Shown: positions 50,528-61,917 of the stretch, in pieces
Position numbering within the stretch: position 1 is the stretch's first letter
Layout of the letters: each line of letters begins with the position of its first letter
Source: Lingula anatina
Taxonomy: Eukaryota > Animalia > Brachiopoda
Reading direction: 5' to 3'
Assembly: GCA_051362555.1 (NCBI GenBank)
Contig: CM120649.1
Span: 16,134,567-16,198,566, forward strand
DNA length: 64,000 bases
The notes under the pieces: model-generated
What the model was told of the DNA's origin: nothing
Databases searched by the model: none
Seen by the model: only the letters and a program-made list of their open reading frames with translations
Position numbers and translations under genes: made by a program

Positions 50528-52349
50528 CTTATTTGCAATATTAAACAAAATTTACCTGCATAATTATCACTGCTTCCTTATTATTAATCTAGCAGAGAGC
50601 TTTACCTTTGGGAGTTTACAGGGAAATATCAACAAGTGTGCTTTACGTAATCTCATTTAATGGCCTATTAAAGCAAATGACTTTATAACTCTGAAATTAA
50701 TCTAGTGATACCCAAGGGTAATTTACAGACTGACCCACTCAAAGGTCTTCAGGCCCATAAGTCACACCTTAAGAAAAGCACAAAACCATAATGCCCAAAA
50801 TAGGAGACTACCAATCCTGATGCAATAATACATTATGTTTAACTGCACAGTCAACATCAACTTATGCACAACAGGTAATACAGACGAAAGTAAAAGCATA
50901 AGGCTCCAGGCCCATCAGAGCTCAAGTTTATACTTAGAAAGTGCCAGAATGAGAAAAATGAAAATTTCACAAAAAATGCATAAATACAATAAACATGATA
51001 ATCCAATAGAGCTGTTTTCTCATGAGCTGAAGGCCAATCCTAAAAATCGTACTTGTAAGTTTAAAATTATAATAAGTAGCACAGTTTTCTTTTCATAATG
51101 TTTGCAGTAGCAGTGCAAAAAGATTATTGTCAATTTTGATGTAACATTACATAATAAATTAGAGAATAATTATCACCAATTTTTGTTTATTGACTATAAA
51201 TAGGATGGACATGTAGAAAATATGATTACCATTTGGCTTCATGCCCATGGGAGCTCCGAGTCCCACAATGAATATGCCAAAAAGATAATGAATATTACAC
51301 TAAAATGTATAACTTCCAGAAAAAGAAGCCAATTAGACTGCTTTTCTAACTCAGGCTACATTTTAGTCCTGTGTTTCTTTTTTGAAAGTTTGACAGTCAT
51401 AAGTAACACGGTTTTCCCATAATGGTCATCAAGGCAGCAGCACCAAAAATTGTGTTTTCTTCTATTTTGATGCAACATTACATAATGCTTAACAGCATAC
51501 TGACCATCGATTTTTAATAATAAAATATAAGTGTCATGGATTTTCACAAAATGTGACCAGCATGGGTCTTCAAGCCCGTGGAGGTTCTAAGTCACACCTT
51601 GGAAATGCCAATATGTGAAAAATTAAATTTTCACAAAAAACTGTTTAATTGCCAGAAAAATTTACCAAACAGACTGCATTGCCTACTGAAGCTGTATTTT
51701 AGTCCCATGTTTCTTTCCTGTAAGTTTGAGAACAGTGAGTGACATGATTTTCCTTAAATGGTCATCATGGGAGCACTGCCCAAAATAGGGATTTCTTCAA
51801 ATTTTGATGCAATATTACATAATGTTTTACAGCATAATGACCATCAATTTTTAATTATAAAATATTAGTATCATGGTTATTCAGAAAATGTAACTAGCAA
51901 AAGTCTTCAGGCCCATGGAACTTCAAAGTCACATATTGAAAATGCCAAAATGTAAACAAGACAGCACTGTTCTGAAATGGGTTTATTTCCATTTTTAACA
52001 TTTTTTTAACATAAAACAAAATAAACAGTTTACTGCCATTTTTATATGACCAATGAAGAAAATTGATGAGATGGGAAAAGTATCAATAGAACAGTGTTAA
52101 ATGTCCAACTTCCTCCATTCTGAGATTCTGAACATAGTGGATGAATGCATCTGACAAACTGCAATGATATGAGTTTATTTCCATTTTTGACACTTTATTA
52201 CACAATACATGATAACAAGTTTACCATCATTTTTAAAAAATCAACTAACAATGTTGAAAAGATGCAGGAAATGTCAAACAAACACTTTTACGTATCTTAT
52301 TAGTTCAATAATGAGACTGTTAACATGCCTAAGAATTGAATGTGAGGAA

Positions 52350-53372
52350 ATGTGAAAAAACAGCATAACTTCTAAAATAATGGACTGATTATGCTGATTT
52401 TCAAACTTGACCTGCGTATTATGAATATTTATCAGTTCTGTAAGTTTCAAGCTGAAAGGTAAAATGGTTTTCCACTTATCGTGTTATCGGTGCTGCACAT
52501 ATGCTGAAAAAAGAGAAAAAATAGCCTAAATTCACTAAAAATGACCCAATCACGCTGATTTTCGAACTTGACCTCCGTATTATGTATATTCATCAGTTCT
52601 GTAAGTTTCAAGCCAAAAGGTAAAATGGTTTTCCACTTATCGTGTTATCTGTGCTGCATATATGCTGAAAAAAGTGAAAAAACAGCATAAATTCCATATA
52701 AGTGACCCGATCATGCTGATTTTCGAACTCGATCTGCGTATTATGAATATTCATCAGTTCTGTAAGTTTCAAACAAAAAGAAAAAACAGTTTTCCACTTA
52801 TCGTGTTATCGGTAAAAGTGCACGGCGACGACGGCAACGACGGCGACGGCGACGACAGACACAGATGACGGCTATATGTACAGACACATCTGTGTCTGTA
52901 CATAAAAAGTGAAAAAACAGCATAAATTCCCTAAAAGTGACCCGATCATGCTGATTTTCGAACTTGACCTGCGTATTATGAATATTCATCAGTTCTGTAA
53001 GTTTCAAGTCAAAAGGTAAAATGGTTTTCCACTTATCGTGTTATCGGTGCTGCATATATGCTGAAAAAGTGAAAAAACTGCATAAATTCCCTAAAATTGA
53101 CCCGATCATGCTGATTTTCGAACTTGACCTGCGTATTATGAATATTCATCAGTTCTGTAAGTTTCAAGTCAAAAGGTAAAATGGTTTTCCACTTATCGTG
53201 TTATCGGTGCTGCATATATGTTGAAAAAAGTGAAAAAACAGCATAAATTCCCTAAGAGTGACCCGATCATGCTGATTTTCGAACTTGACCTGCGTATTAT
53301 GAATATTCATCAGTTCTGCAAGTTTCAAATCAAAAGGCAAAATGGTTTTCCACTTATCGTGTTATCGGTAAA
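52350..53372. repeat. 160-161-bp satellite monomers (~6 copies, interrupted by a HINE head)
   Basis: cataaattcc anchor at 52921, 53081, 53242. Conserved ctgattttcgaacttgacctgcgtattatgaatattcatcagttctgtaagtttcaag. Confidence 0.95.
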
Positions 53373-55080
53373 AGTGCACGGCGACGGCGACGACGGCGAC
53401 GACAGACGCAGATGATGGCTATATGTACAGACACATCTGTGTCTGTACATAAAAATCATACTTGTAAGTTAAACATAATAATAAGTAACACAGTTTTCTT
53501 TCCATAATGTTTGCAGAAGCAGTACAAAAATATTTTTGTCAATTTTGATGTAACATTACATAATAATTTATAGAATAATGATCACCAATTTTTTATTATT
53601 GACTATGAATGGCAAGGACATGTAGAAAATTTGATTACCATTCGGCCTCATGTCCATGGGAGTTCTGAGTCCCACAATGAATATGCCAAAAAGATAATAA
53701 TGAATATTTCACTAAAATGTATAAATTCCAGAAAAAGAAGCCAATTAGACTGCTTTTCCAACTTTTTTTGAAAGATTGAGTCGTAAGTAACATGATTTTC
53801 CCATAATGGTCATCATGGCAGCAACACCAAAAATTATGTTTTCTTCTATTTTGATGCAACATTACATAATGTTTAACAGCATAATGACCATCAATTTTTA
53901 ATAATAAAATATTAGTATCATGGATATTCAGAAAATGTGACTAGCAAAGGTCTTCAAGCCCGTGGAGGTTCTAAGTCACACCTTGAAAATGCCAATAAAT
54001 GAATAATTAAATTTTCACAAAAAACTGTTTAATTGCCAGAAAAATTTACCAAACAGACTGCATTGCCTACTGAAGCTATATTTTAGTCCCATGTTTCTTT
54101 CCTGTAAGTTTGAGAACAGTGAGTGATATGATTTTCCTTAAATGATCATCATGGGAACAGTGCCCAAAATAGGGGTTTCTTCAAATTTTGATGCAATATT
54201 ACATAATGTTTAACAGCATAATGACCATCAATTTTTAATAATAAAATATTAGTATCATGGATATTCAGAAAATGTGACCAGCAAAGGTCTTCAGGACCAT
54301 GGAACTTCAAAGTCACATCTTCAAAATGCCAAAATGTAAACAAGACAGCACTTTTCTGAAATGGGTTTATTTCCATTTTTAACACTTTTTTAACATAAAA
54401 CAAAATTAACAATTAACTGCCATTTTTATATGACCAACTAATAAAATTGATGAGATGGGGAAAATATCAATAGAACAGTGTTAAATGTCCAATTTCCTCC
54501 ATCTAAGATTCTGAACATAGTGGATGATTGAATATGACAAATTGCAATGATATGTGTTTATTTCCAGTTTTGACACTTCATTACACAATACGTGATAACA
54601 AATTTACCATCATTTTTACATAATCAACTGACAATGTTGTAAAGATGCAGGAAATGTCAAACAAACACTTTTATGTATCTTATTAGTTCAATAATGAGAC
54701 TATTAACATGCCTAAGAATTGATTCTGAGGAAATGTGAAAAAAAAAGCATAACTTCTTAAATAATGGACCGATTATGCTGATTTTCATACTCAACCTATG
54801 TTTTAGTAAGACTGACCACTCTTGTGAGTAAAATGACAATTTGCCTATCTGTTTTTCTTATATTGTATTATCAGTGTTGTATATATGCTAAAAAAATGAA
54901 AAAACAGCATAACTTCCATAAAAGTGGCTCTATCATGCTGTTTTTCAAACTTGACCTGCGTATTATGAATATTCATCAGTTCTGTAAGTTTCAAGCCAAA
55001 AGGTAAAATGGTATTTCACATATCGTATTATCGGTGCTGCATATATGCTGAGAAAAGTGAAATAAAGATGCAAATAAGTG

Positions 55081-56100
55081 AAAAATTAAATTTTCACAAA
55101 AAACTGTTAAATTGCCAGAAAATTTTACCAAACAGACTGCGTTGCCTATTGAAGCTGTATGTTAGACCCATGTTTCTTTCCTGTAAGTTTGAGAACAGTA
55201 AGTGACATGATTTCCCTTAAATGGTCATCATAGGAGCAGTGCACAAAATAGGGGTTTCTTCAAATTTTGATGCAACATTACATAATGTTTAACAGCATAA
55301 TGACAATCAAATGTTATTAATAAAATATTAGTAACATAGACATTCAGAAAATGTGACAAGCAAAAGTCTTCAGTATGATGGAACTTTAAAGTCACACCTT
55401 GAAAATGCCAATATGTGAAAAATTAAATTTTCACAAAAAACTGTTTAATTGCCAAAAAAAAAAAAAAAAAAAAAAATACCAAACAGACTGCATTGCCTAC
55501 TGAAGCTGTATTTTAGTCCCATGTTTCTTTCCTGTAAGTTTGAGAACAGTAAGTGACATGATTTTCCTTAAATGGTCATCATGGAAGCAGTGCCCAAAAT
55601 AGGTGTTTCTTCAAATTTTGATGCAACATTACATAATGTTTAACAGCATAATGACAATCAAATGTTATTAATAAAATATTAGTAACATAGACATTCAGAA
55701 AATGTGACAAGCAAAAGTCTTCAGTATCATGGAACTTTAAAGTCACACCTTGAAAATGCCAATATGTGAAAAATTAAATTTTCACAAAAAACTGTTTAAC
55801 TGCCAGAAAAAATTACCAAACAGATTGCATTGCCTACTGAAGCTGTATTTTAGTCCCATGTTTCTTTCCTGTAAGTTTGAGAACAGTAAGTGACATGATT
55901 TTCCTTAAATGGTCATCATGGGAGCAGTGCCCAAAATAGGGGTTTCTTCAAATTTTGATGCAATATTACATAATGTTTAACAGCTTAATGACCATCAATT
56001 TTTAATTATAAAATATTTGTATCACAGATATTCAGAAAATGTGACTAGCAAAGGTCTTCAGGCCCATGGAACTTCAAAGTCACACCTTGAAAATGCCAAA
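55081..56100. repeat. ~337-bp tandem repeat, 3 copies (further copies at ~51620 and ~54005)
   Basis: aaaaattaaattttcacaaaaaactgtt at 55081, 55418, 55769. The second period is longer because of a poly-A expansion. Confidence 0.9.
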
Positions 56101-56499
56101 ATGCAAACAAGACAGCACTGTTCTGAAATGGGTTTATTTCCATTTTTAACACTTTTTTAACATAAAACAAAATAAACATTTTACTGCCATTTTTATATGA
56201 CCAACTAAGAAAATTGATGAGATGGGAAAAGTATCAATAGAACAGTGTTAAATGTCCAATTTCCTCCATTCTGAGATTCTGAACATAGTGGATGATTGAA
56301 TCTGACAAACTGCAATGATATGAGTTTATTTCCATTTTTGACACTTTATTACACAATACATGATAACAAGTTTACCATGTTTTTTACATAATCAACTAAC
56401 AATGTTGTAAAGATACAGGAAATATCAAACAAACACTTTTAGGCATCTTATTAGTTAAATAATGAGACTGTTAACATGCCTAATAATTGAATCTGAGGA

Positions 56500-58356
56500 A
56501 ATGTGAAAAAACAGTATAACTTCTAAAATAATGGCCCGATTATGCTGATTTTTGAACTCAACCTGCGTCTTAGTAAGATTGACCACTCCTGTGAGTATAA
56601 TTACAATTGGCCAATCCGTTTTTCTTATATTGTGTTATCAGTGTTGCATTTATATTGAAAATAGTGAAAAAACAGCATAAATTCCCTAAAAGTGACCCAA
56701 TCATGCTGATTTTCGAACTTAACCTGCGTATTATGAATATTCATCAGTTCTGTAAGTTTAAAGTCAAAAGGTAAAATGGTTTTCCACTTATCATGTTATC
56801 GGTGCTGCATATATGCTGAAAAAAGTGAAAAAACACTAAAATTCCCTAAAAGTGACCCGATCATGCTGATTTTCGAACTTGACCTGCGTATTATGAATAT
56901 TCATCAGTTCTGTAAGTTTCAAGTCAAAAGGTCAAATGGTTTTCCACTTATCGTGTTATCGGTGCTGCATATATGCTGAAAAAAGTGAAAAAACAGCATA
57001 AATTCCCTAAAAGTGACCTGATCATGCTGATTTTCGAACTTGACCTGCGTATTATGAATATTCATCAGTTCTGTAAGTTTCAAGTCAAAAGGTAAAATGG
57101 TTTTCCACTTATCGTGTTATCGGTGCTGCATATATGCTGAAAAAAGTGAAAAAACAGCATAAATTCCCTAAAAGTGACCCGATCATGCTGATTTTCGAAC
57201 TTGACCTGCATATTATGAATATTCATCAGTTCTGCAAGTTTCAAGTCAAAAGGTAAAATGGTTTTCCACTTATCGTGTTATCGGTAAAAGTGCACGGCGA
57301 CGGCGACGACGGCGACGACAGCGACGGCGGCGACAGACGCAGATGATGGCTATATGTACAGACACATCTGTGTCTGTACATAAAAATGAGACTGTTAACA
57401 TGCCTAATAATTGAATCTGAGGAAATGTGAAAAACAGTATAACTTCTAAAATAATGGCCCGATTATGCTGATTTTCGAACTCAACCTGCGTTTTAGTAAG
57501 ATTGACCACTCCTGTGAGTATAATTACAATTGGCCAATCCGTTTTTCTTATATTGTGTTATCAGTGTTGTATTTATATTGAAAATAGTGAAAAAACAGCA
57601 TAAATTCCCTAAAAATGGCCCAATCATGCTGATTTTCGAACTTGACCTGCGTATTATGAATATTCATCAGTTCTGTAAGTTTCAAGTCAAAAGGTAAAAT
57701 GGTTTTCCACTTATCGTGTTATCAGTGCTGCATATATGCTGAAAAAAGTGAAAAAACAGCATAAATTCCCTAAAAGTGACCCGATCATGCTGATTTTCGA
57801 ACTTGGCCTGCGTATTATGAATATTCATCAGTTCTGTAAGTTTCAAGTCAAAAGGTAAAATGGTTTTCCACTTATCGTGTTATCGGTGCTGCATATATGC
57901 TGAAAAAAGTGAAAAACTGCATAAATTCCCTAAAAGTGACCCGATCATGCTGATTTTCGAACTTGACCTGCGTATTATGAATACTCATCAGTTCTGCAAG
58001 TTTCAAGTCAAAGGGTAAAATGGTTTTCTACTTATCGTGTTATCGGTGAAAAAAGTGAAAAAACAGCATAAATTCCCTAAAAGTGACCCGATCATGCTGA
58101 TTTTCGAACTTGACCTGCGTATTATGAATATTCATCAGTTCTGTAAGTTTCAAGTCAAAAGGTAAAATGGTTTTCCACTTATCGTGTTATCGGTGCTGCA
58201 TATATGCTGAAAAAAGTGAAAAACTGCATAAATTCCCTAAAAGTGACCCGATCATGCTGATTTTCGAACTTGACCTGCGTATTATGAATACTCATCAGTT
58301 CTGCAAGTTTCAAGTCAAAGGGTAAAATGGTTTTCCACTTATCGTGTTATCGGTAA
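56500..58356. repeat. 161-bp satellite monomers (~11 copies, interrupted by a HINE head at ~57290-57387)
   Basis: Anchor at 56676, ~56836, 56997, 57158, etc. One monomer near 58047 lacks ~14 nt. Confidence 0.95.
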
Positions 58357-58672
58357 AAGTGCACGGCGACGGCGACGGCGACGACAGCGACGACGGCGAC
58401 GACAGACGCAGATGATGGCTATATGTACAGACACATCTGTGTCTGTACATAAAAAAATCTTACCCCGAATCCATTGAAAATAGCACTTTCCTTTATTATG
58501 TGAAGAATCTATTTCAATATGACAATCTAAATGTGTTAGGTGAGATAGCAATGCAATCCTTGCCACAATGCTACTTTGTGCATATTTCATATTACAAAAA
58601 AAAAAAAAAAAAAAAAAAAAAAAGGTCTCGCTCCATGTGGATAACTTTTAACTCGCGTAAAGCTTTTGTCCC

Positions 58673-60588
58673 CTACTGTATTATTATATGCTGCATCTCA
58701 TCCAGACCATACTGCTTCTTATTGTCCTCAAACAACTGCTGCAGGGCAGCCACGTATTTGGCGTGTACATCTTCAACTTGTTCTTTACTTGGATTCTCGT
58801 TCTTTTCTACTTCAATGGGTCTACCAACTGTGAGGAAAAGAAGCAGAAATTATGTTACTTACAGGTTACTTAACCACTTTGAGAGAAATGATGACAGAGA
58901 TTTTATCATGAAAATAAAGAGTGTATGATATCCAGTTCACATTTTTTTTACTTTTATCATTTTATATACTATTATCTTTAGGATAATTCACTTTAAGTTT
59001 CTTATAAATTCTGAAATGAAAAGTTTGATTGAAAGAAAAAAGTTTGAAAAATTAGTGGATAAACTTATCACTACATATATTACTTGTATGTTTGTGTGCC
59101 TCTATTTCAAAAAAAAAAAAAAAAAATCTCCAAAGTTCTCTATGTCAATGATACATTGTCCTCACCAACAGTATTGACTGGTTTCCTAAAGGGCACTATA
59201 CCAAATGTATAGTTGAACACTCCTCTGCCATGAAAAGCAGGCAAACTGAAGCCACAGTACTTCATCAGGGTCTCCTGGAGACGTCTCAGGAAGGATCCCG
59301 GGGGATTGTTGACCTGTACAAATAGGTCATTCTCTCCAAATGAGAAAACTGGAACCAATGGCACACTGGAAAGACAAGACAATTATGAATATGTCAACAC
59401 AATTAAAGTCACAGTAATCATCACTGAAAGCCAATTTGATTTTGATTTTTTTCAAAGGTGCAGAAATAAATTAAATAAATTATAATAAAAATCATGAAAT
59501 CATATTAGCATTTATAATAATTTAAGTAATAAATAAATACTTTTTTGTAAGTTTCAATGCAGTAAGGTGCATCTTAATTGCCTAAGAGTGGTGACATTTA
59601 CCCAAGTTTCATGGCCATGCGCACAAAGCCCTTCCTATGACTCAGGTTGAGGCTGTATTTTCCTGGGTGAGCATTGAGGGCCTCCAGTGCCCCACCCACC
59701 ACCAGGACAGGGGCGTTCCCCTTTCCGTGTGTTAACAGGTACTCCAAACTCTCCTTGGTACAGTCACAGGCTCCTAAAAATGAATACAAATGTATGTTTT
59801 TTTTAGAATTTTTTTTCTGTTTCCTTTCAAAACAGTAATTTAATTCAAAATGAACATCAATCAGACAGTTGTGATTGTTACTTTGTTTTACATTATTCAG
59901 TGCAATGGCAAATTCAGTAAGATAATTATTAAAATTTCATGACACACTAAGAAAGCTTTTTTCCACTGAAAAAGGAAGAAAGAAGATGCTATTATATTAA
60001 CCAATCAAACATCTTAATTTTCTAAAAATCTGCCAAATAAATAAATAATTTACATAATTTATGCCAGGAAAAAAGAAAACTCTATAAAAATCACAAACCT
60101 GAAGTCATAAAGTACTCTCTGTGCAGAGGGAACTGAAACTGTCCCTTCAATACCAGCAGATAAGACGTCAAGCCTGGGAACAGTTCACTGAAACCAGTGG
60201 CAGCAGTGGCAAAATTACAGAAAGCACCAGCACACATCACTCCATGAGGGTGAAAACAAAACAAATAGTTCCTGTCAGGAGGAAGATCTACAGTCTTGAT
60301 CAACTTCACGGGGAAATAATCACGGAAATATTCCCAAATTTTCCAACGTCGAATCCACTCACATCTCCTGCCTCCCCTTGCTGCCTGGTCATAGTCATAT
60401 ATGTACCAAATAAGATAAAGGCAGGGAATCCAGTAGAACCTTGTGAAGCAGAGATATATCAGTAAGAAAAGACATCCAAATCCTTCCAGAAGAAAAGTAA
60501 GTGTCCAGTAAAGTGCCACGGCTGTTTGTATTCGTCTCTCCAGTGGAATGCTCAGAGGTGCAAGTTCTATACCTAAAATCTTCACCAT
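58673..60588 (-). CDS. MOGAT2: 2-acylglycerol O-acyltransferase (DGAT2/MOGAT family), 338 aa
   Basis: Exons 60588-60099, 59773-59602, 59365-59166, 58827-58673, all phase consistent. Family motifs APLSIPLERRIQT, YFP, HPHG, GGALEAL, RKGFVRMA, LVPVFSFGEND, VVGRPI, H.KY..AL..LF. Exact orthology (MOGAT vs DGAT2) not resolved. Confidence 0.93.
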
Positions 60589-61190
60589 TTTGCAGCTTGC
60601 TGTCTTTTTTTTTTTTTTTTGCAGTTCTGTGGTAGAAACTGAAAGAATCAAATTCTCAATATAATTTTCTATTCTCAGTCCCCTCTAAAAAATAAATAGA
60701 ATTCAGACAATAAGTATTTATGTTTGTCATACTGACTACAGGGTTCTATCAGTTCTATCAAATACAAAATGTAACAACAGTCCCTCAATGCTGAACTGGA
60801 GTTTAACCCAATCAATGCATGTTTGAGTGTCTGGTTAATGATAAGATTGTGAAATTTCTACAGAGGATATTCATAACTGATAACATAACTAAAGATGCAG
60901 TAGGGCATATTTTATCTAGTAGATGATGGCTATATTTAATTAAGTACTTATTGAAAATCTAAAAATAAGGGATATCCAAATTAATTCCCATCCAGATCAC
61001 AACAGACGTCATTCACATATGAAACAATGAAAAAATGAAAAAATACAATTAAAACGTACAGTACATGCATTCGATGTACAGGTACATGTATACGTGAACA
61101 GCAAGTTTACGATCTATGCCACATCTAACTGAATAGTTTAACAGATCATTTCTAAAAACAACAACAAAATGTTACAGACAACTAGATCAC

Positions 61191-61917
61191 CGACTCCCAT
61201 ATGGAGAAAGACATTCTTTCTTGAGCAATTACTTGAGCAACATTTATTTCACTCCAATGCAGACGAATAACTAGTCTTTGCGTTCCTAAAAAAAATAACA
61301 TCATTGAAAACTATGCATCGTGCAAACAGAAAGAGCGAAACACTTGCCTATTTCCTCTTGGATATCTGGCTATGCTACAATTAAGTTCCAGGGACCATCC
61401 CACGGCTAGGGTATAAAGATTAAAGTTCAACTTTGATGTCTGAGATGCTTCAATTTTATTATGATCTTCTTCTTCCGGAGAGTTGGCGGGAGATAACGCG
61501 AGACTGTATGATGACGTCTCACCGCGCATCATTGTATCGGTACGCTAAGAAAATTAATTCATTGGATTCTTACAGATTTCATTTGAGTGTGCACGAGCAT
61601 ATGTCAAAATATCATACCCAACTCTTTAAAAGCAACGTTTTGTTTAATTAATGTTATATTTTTGATATTTCTCACTGTGTATCGTGACCCTGGCATCGTC
61701 AAAAATAGTCCCTAGAGGTGTAAATGAGTTGAGGCAAAATGGCGGAGTGAGAAGGGACAGGAAATATACCAAGAACATTTTAGCAGTGTGCGTGTCACTA
61801 ACGTGGAGCTTTTGTTAAATCTACAGGCTGTCTGTTACGATTAAAACTATCTTTTTGGATTACAGTACATTTGATGTAGGACAAGATCTTTTGAACCGGT
61901 GATATTTTCCCATCAAG
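61191..61917. promoter_or_regulatory. Putative bidirectional promoter: MOGAT 5'-UTR exon (minus) and first exon of an unidentified plus-strand gene
   Basis: Minus donor-like G|gtgatc at 61191. CRE-like tgacgtc at ~61512. YY1-type caaaatggcgg at 61735-61745. Strong plus donor AAG|gtgagt at 61917/61918. Confidence 0.45.

Larger units (their letters stand above)
49649..58457 (-). mobile_element. Composite Helentron-associated non-autonomous element (HINE/DINE-like) array with internal satellite repeats
   Basis: 5' heads on minus = T-run + 14-bp-stem hairpin tatgtacagacaca-tc-tgtgtctgtacata (52875-52904, 53422-53451, 57353-57382, 58422-58451) + (GAC/GGC)n microsatellite. One 3' end at 49649-49680 = sub-terminal IR atgtacagaca + small hairpin ggcagc-aaa-gctgtc + CTTGT. 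It sits in an A/T run with no TSD. Degenerate body monomers are recognisable at 49.7-50.8 kb. Confidence 0.75.

Noticed and set aside
52662-58590. Repeated ORFs (…IMLIFELDLRIMNIHQFCKFQ…, Arg-rich RRRRR ORFs) and a CRISPR-like appearance
   Set aside because: These are translations of the 161-bp satellite and the GAC microsatellite. Units are contiguous with no unique spacers, there are no cas genes, and the context is eukaryotic.
58500-58928. 142-aa plus-strand ORF with poly-Lys
   Set aside because: Antisense to the last MOGAT exon and its UTR homopolymer.
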